From Pseudobdellovibrionaceae bacterium (GTDB lineage Bacteria > Bdellovibrionota > Bdellovibrionia > Bdellovibrionales > Bdellovibrionaceae), in contig JBIKLL010000004.1 in NCBI GenBank assembly GCA_044359815.1, forward strand, positions 24,244 through 88,243: a stretch of DNA of 64,000 bases, given 5' to 3'. Position 1 is the stretch's first letter. The number at the start of each line of letters is the position of its first letter. A program made the translations under genes and the position numbers. Shown here piece by piece: positions 58,301-64,000 of this stretch. Under the pieces are notes generated by a model, which was given only the letters and a program-made list of their open reading frames with translations, did not search any database and was not told where the DNA came from.

Positions 58301-60306
58301 GTCACCGTCGCTCCATTGAGGGCCCAAGTGTAATTACAACCAGGATTTGCAGAGGCTTGAAATGTTTTCTGGTTAAGGATTCCGGTTGGACTAGATGACA
58401 ATTTAACATCGCTGGTGTTTAAGGGGCTAAGGTCAGAAATAGTACAAGCGTTCTGCACACTGACGTACCAGGTGCAATTGGATGTGTCGTAGCCATCAGA
58501 AATCGCCATGGTCACGTTTTGATTATTGCCCACCAAGCTTATAATCGGAGTGAAAATAACCTGAGAAGTGCTGCCTGAGCTCGAAGGGGTAAAGTAAGCG
58601 GCACTTGCTATTTGTCCGTTGTGGATCCAAGAGAAAGTCAGGTTGTCGTTGTCAGGATTGTTTGCTGTTCCTGAAAATATGATAGATCCACCAATCCCCA
58701 CGTTGTTTCCGTTCATCGACGGGGTTTGCGAGTTACATGTGGGTGGTTGGTTTTTTGTGATGCTCCAAGTTCGAGTAGTTGTTGTGAAGCCGTTGTTGGC
58801 TGTTGCAGTCAAAGTGCTAGCAGCTAAACTGGAAACTTGTGCTGAACTTAAAGTAAGGGCTTGTCCAGTGGCGCCGACTATGGGGCTACCGTCAATTGCC
58901 CACGTCACCGCGCATGAGGAATCATTCGTGGTGGCCAAAAAGTTCATCGTGGCTGAAGGAGACGCTGAGATTTTTAAATTACTGCTGGAAGGGGACGCTG
59001 AGATAAACTGGCAAGCGGGAGCCACTTGAACTGTCCAGGTACACGAAGAGGTGTCATACCCATCGTTCATATTGGCACGAACAACATTCGTGCCACTCGC
59101 AGAAGCGGTTGGCGTATAACTAGCCGAGCTTGAAGACGCATTCGACACCACCGAGAACCCGCCTGAGTTTCCGCCAAGTCCCACGTCTGAGCCATTGTTC
59201 GTCCAAGAAAACGTGACTGGATCTGAGTTCGGATCAGCTGTGTTGGCCGTTAAGCTGAGCGTCCCACCAACGCCCACGGATGAGCCCACCATTCCTGGCA
59301 CCTGTGAGGAGCACAATGGAGGGGTGTTTTTCAAAACCGTCCAAGTCTTCGTCTGAGAACTGCTGGCATTGCTTGCAGTCACTTCAAGTGTATTTGAGCT
59401 TGAAGATGTTGAAAGCGCTGTAGTCAAAAGTTGTAGCGCAGAGTTGTTTGTACCATTGATCGAAACGCCGTTGAGCTTCCAAGTCAAACTGCAACCAGTT
59501 GAAGCTGCGGCCTGAAAAAGCGTCTGAGCAGTGCTCGAAGCTGGAGCCCGCACCGTAGTATCTGCCGCTGGCGAAGTAGAGGTGACAGTACATGCTGGAT
59601 TGACCGTTACGTTCCAAGAGCAGTTTTTGTAGTCAATTCCGTCGTAAACCCGCATGTTCACAATCCGCTCGCCGGACCAATTGCTATCAGGGGTGAAAGT
59701 TCCCTGGCTGTTTGAATTTGATGAAACCCAACTCAGCACCGAAGAAGCAACCTGAGTCCCGCCCACGGTCCAAGAAAATGTGATTGCATCGCCATCTGGA
59801 TCAGAGGCTGAGCCCGTAAAGACTGTTTCGCTTTCAAGGCCAAGTTGAAGACCCGAAGCAGAATTGGTAGGCAGTTGAGGTCCGCAGGTGGGAAGCTGAT
59901 TTTTTGTCAAGACCCACTTTTTTGTGGTTGAGCCCGAGCTCGCAATCAGAATATTCTGACCGGAATTCAGCTGCGCAGAATCGATAGCGATCTGTGCTTC
60001 TGTTTTGTCAAGAACAGTACCATTAAGCTGGTAAGAGACCGCGCAAGTTGAAGATGACAAACCCACAAGAAAGTCTGTTGTGTTTCCTGCCAAAGCAGAA
60101 ACTTTTATGTCTTCTTCCTTGGGGGAAGAGTTCGTGATTTTACAATCTTGCTGACTGGCAGAATTGCTTTTGTTGTCCATGAAATCAAAAGATTCGCTTT
60201 CACCAAGGCATCCTGATAAAACCAAAGAACCACAAATCAGTGTGAAAAGCTTTAGTTTGCTTTTGATCAGGTTGCAAAAAATGAAATACCATCTTTCAAT
60301 TTTCAT
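52330..60306 (-). CDS. giant surface lipoprotein/adhesin with Ig-like repeats and NHL-type beta-propeller repeats
   Basis: Lipobox LSGC; 7-8 ~190-aa units marked by KNxPPxC; C-terminal LNYPRGIA...LYIAD and LNSPFGLAFDGSGNLYISE repeats. Confidence 0.88.
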   Translation of the reverse strand: MKIERWYFIFCNLIKSKLKLFTLICGSLVLSGCLGESESFDFMDNKSNSASQQDCKITNSSPKEEDIKVSALAGNTTDFLVGLSSSTCAVSYQLNGTVLDKTEAQIAIDSAQLNSGQNILIASSGSTTKKWVLTKNQLPTCGPQLPTNSASGLQLGLESETVFTGSASDPDGDAITFSWTVGGTQVASSVLSWVSSNSNSQGTFTPDSNWSGERIVNMRVYDGIDYKNCSWNVTVNPACTVTSTSPAADTTVRAPASSTAQTLFQAAASTGCSLTWKLNGVSINGTNNSALQLLTTALSTSSSSNTLEVTASNASSSQTKTWTVLKNTPPLCSSQVPGMVGSSVGVGGTLSLTANTADPNSDPVTFSWTNNGSDVGLGGNSGGFSVVSNASSSSASYTPTASASGTNVVRANMNDGYDTSSCTWTVQVAPACQFISASPSSSNLKISASPSATMNFLATTNDSSCAVTWAIDGSPIVGATGQALTLSSAQVSSLAASTLTATANNGFTTTTRTWSITKNQPPTCNSQTPSMNGNNVGIGGSIIFSGTANNPDNDNLTFSWIHNGQIASAAYFTPSSSGSTSQVIFTPIISLVGNNQNVTMAISDGYDTSNCTWYVSVQNACTISDLSPLNTSDVKLSSSPTGILNQKTFQASANPGCNYTWALNGATVTGATSSAYTLNNSALNAGANVLQVSVSNGFTSDTKLWSVVKNTPPSCSSQNPASAGNTVGVGGNITFQVNASNTDNDSMTFGWKYNGSTPNPSHFTTSSFGNSSQVVFSANASYTGLGQIVTADLNDSYDTASCSWTVDILNQCIISQATPSNSGDVRAPFNSSATTLFQAPANSGCAYTWTLNSLAIPTATSGTYYLPSSSLNGGSNTLSVSVTNGFTTDTKTWTVVKNTPPICSSQSPSPTGSVLAVGNSIQLTGYASDANFDDITFNWTNQGAAIGPEFVLSTPASNASRATFSPTASFLGFNNALAMISDGYDSTSCSWSVEVVPACAITAANPSTATAKVASNGAVSNTFIATPSDATCLVSWKLNDNTVVGATSSILNLNSSQFLASPGTNTLVATASNGLSTTTRSWTVTRNQAPTCDSQTPSSLGSSTGIGGNTTFIANAGNPDSDTLTYSWLYNGNAASSPLFTVSSSGNTGQAIFAPTAAQIGAGQSIQVNVNDGYDSASCSWTTQVINSCSISTAVPATSTYKVSVAPSTQTSFAAIPTDATCVVSWTLNGTPVGTGPLRNFLSSQLNSGPDTNTIVANLDNGITSPTTRTWVVSKNQAPICQSKTPASNPAALPYNQTVAFSATSSDPDGDTVTNYGWRFQALPNPSLFTSVNTTATASSATFVPTLSQVGNGQLVSLGFDDGYDAGSCSWTFDIVNPNTVNVTSCLPAINPVVVYSAGADSTKTLQVVAANALGDGYKWYRNGVLIGGITGSSYNVSSGSLASGDYTFKGVASDALDNTDDCDFNVKVNAAPQVTAVNPVNSQAYNLYYKGSITLGVTATDANNDNLTYEWKINGFPNSTILPSGSSITTLNPGGNASYLGSNTVSVTVSDGYESATRSWTIRVNAFSQACNDLLNSNTSGGKICTLVGNPSIGDSVVPSLSTQSQIKTNPAFVINDDGGNLIFSDQINHVVWFWNRSSQNISRWSMTIPAGQMKVIVGNGADGLTPDNTTTNTNAKLNYPRGIAYDSATGFLYIADWNNWRVVRLGTDGKLVTVLGQVPGAAAPANNAAGNTSGNLGTTHFCQNPADVRLVNHGGNRWLYVSCYSSHAIKRLDVLPTSPNYLRAYNTVVTLNSAGSSVASNNDGAVPSPQHTSQLNAAGVNAPSALSDDGNGNIYWMEVGGYRLRMATTAGSAMTFFDGTTSVAAWGNSLYVNDRATSGGMLQSNTVAPALTPIAATGAQANLLLVGSTVAGNNTCTPFIVVRRNATNNAFANATPLAVNLAGAGTGAFFSDSSCSTSAASVTIPANRSSVLFFYRNATAGGVNFSATATGLTAGSLAVTVGTGAPPSTADRFAAFAAPNHINGECVPLLVQYRNSSNLVAFRSTAVNTNLHHQGFGNFYTDSACSTTPIWGVTIAASTTNAVYYYRGTAIAPANATVTLAGTAYSANQFNQNNTFGALGWGQAWGLQVETSGGNVTGFYYASNNYHRAFYLNNTGSARTISSVVVPAYGSQTIFGTGGTLMPPNDGPGTTAQLQNPIGLTLDSNTGHLFVADTNDRVIRGLPVTSTNGETYRVLGSYRWRNDVYEANSDAVDTFLADPSGITIDTANNMLYVSDSSHFYIRSVNLLTGKVNAAVGLGTQGNFHVGGPTSVNVNSPRGMTMVNGSGNVPLLVFADQGNWSSGSFCQIRAANMTATLTSLAGQSIPGNLVVDLAGDASFPCGTLSPTAPGTNRGPATATGIRLNTPDQVAFDGTNILFSNYNDHCIMRVTPSGDLINTVGTCGTANTTDGSITSALIRFPTAIMADPLYPGNFFFADAIDLNPSRLRYVNYYAACSGSCGAMQANIYIGGIPVPAATGGNATVTTLLNVNAAATSVLGATAGWLQGLATFGNQICYAAGHPNVNNGNQGPHFVQCFDRASATTNPSLTVGPASNSNVRAGAPLGSEMENVNASYNSNPLSYSPVSLNSPFGLAFDGSGNLYISERSNHLIRLVRRWF

Positions 60307-60595
60307 ACCTATACGACGAGACTCACTTTCTTAAAATTCAGAGATTTCCGAAAACATTTCTCAGTTTTTAATAACCAGATTAATCCCTAAAGTGGTATCG
60401 GCTTTTCGCAGGAGGCTCTAAAGCTAAATCTCAAAATGCAGCGGTTTTTGAGATTGAATATCATGATTTGCTTTTAACCTGGACTTCAGCCCGAGTCTTG
60501 TTTTTAGATGTTTCTATTTAGGACTGGACTTGTTCCTATCGGTCTTTCCTTGACCCGTTTCAAAATGAAGCGTTTAATTTAGATCGGGGGCGAAA

Positions 60596-61216
60596 TTGAA
60601 GACTAGCTTTCTTGTTTCTTTTGTTTTTTTAATAGGATGCGCTGGCAAACAAATTTCTATTGAGTCTGATCCTGTGGGTGCTGATGTTTTTGTGTTTACG
60701 CCAGGACAGGCCCCCAAAAAAGTGGGGCAAACACCGTATGCGCTTACAGAAAAAGACATTTCAGATCGCAGTTCACCGATACAAATCCAAGCTTCAAAAG
60801 ATGGGTACCAGTCAACAAGTGTTATTATTCCATCCTCAGTCTCGGGCTATTTAGGTAAAATAAGCTTTAAATTAGAAGCTCCCACATTACCCAATCAATG
60901 TTTAAATCAAACAGAAGCACTTAACAAAGTGGCGCGAGCCGTTGCTGAAGCGCAAAGTCTTATGAAGTCTAAGCAGTACGATCTTGCTGAAAAGATCATG
61001 AGCGATATGATTGTAAGTTATCCAGGATTGAGTTTGGTTTATGATATTCTGGGAAATATTTACTACTTAAGAAGAGAGTTTGATAAGTCTTTAAATGCTT
61101 ACAAAAAATCACGTTCACTCTCTCCAGAAAATGCAAAGACTCAAAGAATGATACAGCAAATTGAAGATATCAAGAGTGGTAGAGATAGTTCTTTCAAAAG
61201 GGAAAACGACCAGTGA
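60596..61216 (+). CDS. PEGA domain plus TPR lipoprotein
   Basis: Lipobox LIGC; IESDPVGADV...GQTP...KDGY (PEGA); LGNIYY...AYKKS..LSPEN (TPR). Confidence 0.85.
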   Translation: MKTSFLVSFVFLIGCAGKQISIESDPVGADVFVFTPGQAPKKVGQTPYALTEKDISDRSSPIQIQASKDGYQSTSVIIPSSVSGYLGKISFKLEAPTLPNQCLNQTEALNKVARAVAEAQSLMKSKQYDLAEKIMSDMIVSYPGLSLVYDILGNIYYLRREFDKSLNAYKKSRSLSPENAKTQRMIQQIEDIKSGRDSSFKRENDQ

Positions 61217-61767
61217 AGTGCTTTTGCCTTGTAATTGTTGTTTTAGGGTTGTTTAAAAGCTTACCAGTCATGGCGTTAGGTAAGCTTGACATGTGTTTTG
61301 GGGCTTATTCTTTGGCTGCTAAATCCAGTCAAGGCGAGGGGAAAGCCTCTGGACTAGGCTCCTATGTAGTAACTTACCACTACGGTTTTTTTGATGGGTT
61401 AGATTTTTCGGTGGGTTACAGCTTGTTTTTTTCAAACATCATTACCGGGGACATGGGGTTTGGTCCCGATTTAGGACTTACTTATTATCCTATAACTTCT
61501 TCGGGTCCGACCGTCTTAAAAACTGATGGAATTTATTTGTTGATAAAGGAGCAGTGGCGTCCTTTGATCAATGTTTCTTTTAATCAGCGTCAGTTTCAAA
61601 GCTCTGATTCTTCTTATGCGGGACTTTCTTTCGGTTTCGGAACTGAATATTCTTATTATCAGTCTTTTGATTTTAAAGGGATGTTTCGTTATCAATTATT
61701 AAAAGGGCCAGCTTCAACTGCTGCGACTTTTATAGATTTTCTTTTTGGAGTAAGTATCTCTATCTAA
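61213..61767 (+). CDS. small outer-membrane beta-barrel protein
   Basis: Signal peptide; about eight amphipathic beta-strands; overlaps the upstream stop. Confidence 0.72.
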   Translation: MKCFCLVIVVLGLFKSLPVMALGKLDMCFGAYSLAAKSSQGEGKASGLGSYVVTYHYGFFDGLDFSVGYSLFFSNIITGDMGFGPDLGLTYYPITSSGPTVLKTDGIYLLIKEQWRPLINVSFNQRQFQSSDSSYAGLSFGFGTEYSYYQSFDFKGMFRYQLLKGPASTAATFIDFLFGVSISI

Positions 61768-61926
61768 AAATACAAAAGGACACTGAAACCTTAAAATCAG
61801 TGGGCAGTGATTTTATCTGAAACCCCAGAGCCAAGAAGCGTATTTTCACTTATATTAAGCATCAATAGTGAGGAAGTTAGGAAGTGAGGACTATTAAGAC
61901 CACTGTGCACTGCAAGGCTTAACAGT

Positions 61927-62784
61927 CTAAAAAATTAATTTCTTAAGACTGGGTTCGGACCAGGTTTTGTCGTCAGGGCTCAGTTTTTCAAAATAATTTT
62001 TTGCAGATTCAATGGCGGCGCTGGTGTTTTGCAGATCGCCCTTGGATTTCAATGCTAAAGCTTTGGCCTGGTATGCAAAGAAAAACTCGATGGGTTCTGC
62101 ACTGTTTTTCTGGCAAATGCTCAGACAGTTTTCAGCGTGCTGCAGGGATTTTGCAAAATCCTTAGCCTGCAAATAGCTCTGTGATAATCGGTATTCGGCT
62201 CTTTCGATTTCAACCCAAGTGCCCGCCAGTTCCCAATGCTTGCGGCCGATTCTAGATGCGAAAATCATCAGCTCTTTATCAGCTTGACGACGGGCAACCA
62301 GTTCCTCCAGATGAACGGCAATATTGTTGCCGGCAATGGCTATGCTTTTGTGTGCGCTGTCCTTGGGATCTAATTTTTCAGCCATAATCGCAGCGTTTCG
62401 CAGATAAGATTGGCATAATTCATATTGTTTGCAGGCACACAACATTGAGGCTGCGTTTGCCAGGGCAAAAACTTCGTCAGAAATTGATTCAAATTTTATT
62501 TTTTCGGCATTGGATGCGACCTTGAAGCTTAAAATATTTCTGTGAGCAGTTTTCATCGATTCATCATTGTTCACAGAAAGGGCTTTTGCTTTTTCCAGCA
62601 AATCAATCCCCAGCTTCCAATTGGCCAAATGTTCGCCGCACACGTGGCTGGTCAATCTGCAAAACTTCAAAATATCTTCGGATGAGGTTATTAGTCCCAA
62701 ACCGCTTTCCAATCGGTCGCCGACCACTTGAGGGTCATCGCCATGATCGCGCCACGCTTGTTTATTAAATGCTTCAAATGCCAT
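61927..62784 (-). CDS. hypothetical TPR-like helical protein
   Basis: 285-aa all-alpha ORF with ERAEYRLSQSYL. Confidence 0.75.
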   Translation of the reverse strand: MAFEAFNKQAWRDHGDDPQVVGDRLESGLGLITSSEDILKFCRLTSHVCGEHLANWKLGIDLLEKAKALSVNNDESMKTAHRNILSFKVASNAEKIKFESISDEVFALANAASMLCACKQYELCQSYLRNAAIMAEKLDPKDSAHKSIAIAGNNIAVHLEELVARRQADKELMIFASRIGRKHWELAGTWVEIERAEYRLSQSYLQAKDFAKSLQHAENCLSICQKNSAEPIEFFFAYQAKALALKSKGDLQNTSAAIESAKNYFEKLSPDDKTWSEPSLKKLIF

Positions 62785-62879
62785 AATCTGGTTTTAGTCA
62801 GAGGTTTGCTAACGCGCAATCAAATTTATATCCAGGACAGTGCTGCAAACGTATAATGATAAAACTAAAGGAGCCGCCT

Positions 62880-63944
62880 ATGAAAAACGAAATTATATTT
62901 CAACAATTGTTTGAAGCCGAAACATCGACCTATACCTATATCATTGCAGATGCAAAAACCAAACAGGCGGCCATCATTGATCCAGTGTTGGAAACCGTGG
63001 ATAGAGACATTAAATTGATTCAGGAACTGGGGTTAAAATTAATTTATGCCTTGGACACTCACATTCACGCAGACCATATTACGGGTGCTGGTGAACTGCG
63101 AAAGCGCCTGGGGATTAAAACTGCGGTCAGTGCCCAGGCCAACGTGGATTGTGTCGATATCCCATTGGATGATGGGCAGCAGTTAATGTTGGGTGAAAAA
63201 CCCATTCAGATTATCGAAACACCCGGGCATACCAATACCTGCCTGAGTTTTTTGTTTGAGGGTATGGTTTTTACAGGTGATGCGCTGTTAATCAGATCCT
63301 GTGGCAGAACTGATTTTCAACAGGGCAGTTCAGAAAAACTGTTTGAAAGTGTTCGTGAAAAAATATTTAAATTGCCTGACGACACCATTGTCTACCCAGG
63401 CCATGATTACCGTGGACACACTTCATCCACAGTGGCTGCCGAGAAAAAATATAATTCACGATTGAAAGAATCCATTGATTTGGACGGATTTAAAAAAATC
63501 ATGTCAGAGCTCAAACTGGCCAATCCTAAAAAAATCCACGAGGCCGTGCCAGCCAATATGGCCTGTGGGCGTCCCAAAGACAGCCGCACCCTGCATCCGC
63601 AAATTGCCGACGGCATTCCCGAAATCAGCATTGAAAATCTGCACGGTCTTTTGAAGGACGGCAAAACAGATAAAATCAAACTGATCGATGTCAGAAGACC
63701 TGATGAATTTAATGCTGAGCTGGGACATATCCAAGGATCCAAATTGGTAACACTGGGACCAGATCTGATGCAGTTTCTGGAAAACGGTGACAGAACTGAT
63801 GAAATTGTTTTTATCTGTCGAAGCGGCAATCGATCTGGAACTGCCACTGCTGAAAGTATCAAGCTTGGGTATAAATTTACGGTTAATTTAGCGGGTGGAA
63901 TGTTGGCCTGGAACGAAAAATCTTTACCCACAGTCACAGACTAG
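62880..63944 (+). CDS. persulfide dioxygenase (ETHE1-like MBL fold)-rhodanese fusion
   Basis: THIHADHITG, TPGHT and GRTDFQ; C-terminal DVR...GHI...CRSGNRS. Confidence 0.93.
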   Translation: MKNEIIFQQLFEAETSTYTYIIADAKTKQAAIIDPVLETVDRDIKLIQELGLKLIYALDTHIHADHITGAGELRKRLGIKTAVSAQANVDCVDIPLDDGQQLMLGEKPIQIIETPGHTNTCLSFLFEGMVFTGDALLIRSCGRTDFQQGSSEKLFESVREKIFKLPDDTIVYPGHDYRGHTSSTVAAEKKYNSRLKESIDLDGFKKIMSELKLANPKKIHEAVPANMACGRPKDSRTLHPQIADGIPEISIENLHGLLKDGKTDKIKLIDVRRPDEFNAELGHIQGSKLVTLGPDLMQFLENGDRTDEIVFICRSGNRSGTATAESIKLGYKFTVNLAGGMLAWNEKSLPTVTD

Positions 63945-63953
63945 GAGACATCA

Positions 63954-64000
63954 ATGGACCCACAATGGATCAAAGCTTTGTTTGGAGGAGCGCTGATCGG
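63954..64000 (+). CDS. YeeE/YedE sulfur transporter family protein (partial, runs off the window)
   Basis: AGGAG RBS; MDPQWIKALFGGALIG; follows the dioxygenase. Confidence 0.6.
   Translation, partial: MDPQWIKALFGGALI

Overview
This 64 kb window looks like the chromosome of a Bdellovibrionota-like bacterium, inferred from gene content. 1-30 kb holds core and accessory genes: lgt, hisS, a DUF3299/ABC operon, greB, an ExbBD-TonB-receptor-lipoprotein operon, pfkA, OmpA, a bacterial histone-fold gene, an amidase, a bufferin-like DUF692 RiPP cluster, HD-GYP and XRE genes, two frameshifted genes and large intergenic palindromes. A tRNA-Gln(TTG) at 30144-30219 is followed by a ~17 kb island (to ~47195) with a truncated large serine recombinase. 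The island carries dormancy/stress-type cargo behind five sigma54-type promoters, an ORF-less group II intron-like RNA that starts at a predicted sigma54 transcription start, and an ISL3-like MITE with an 8-bp target duplication that splits a small membrane gene. The best candidate for an undescribed system is 48.4-61.8 kb: motA, motB and a single protein resembling a FliF S-ring domain fused to FliG, next to a LemA-like protein, a 2658-aa repetitive surface lipoprotein, a PEGA/TPR lipoprotein and an outer-membrane beta-barrel, with no other flagellar genes in the window. All family calls come from recognising motifs by eye; no searches were run.
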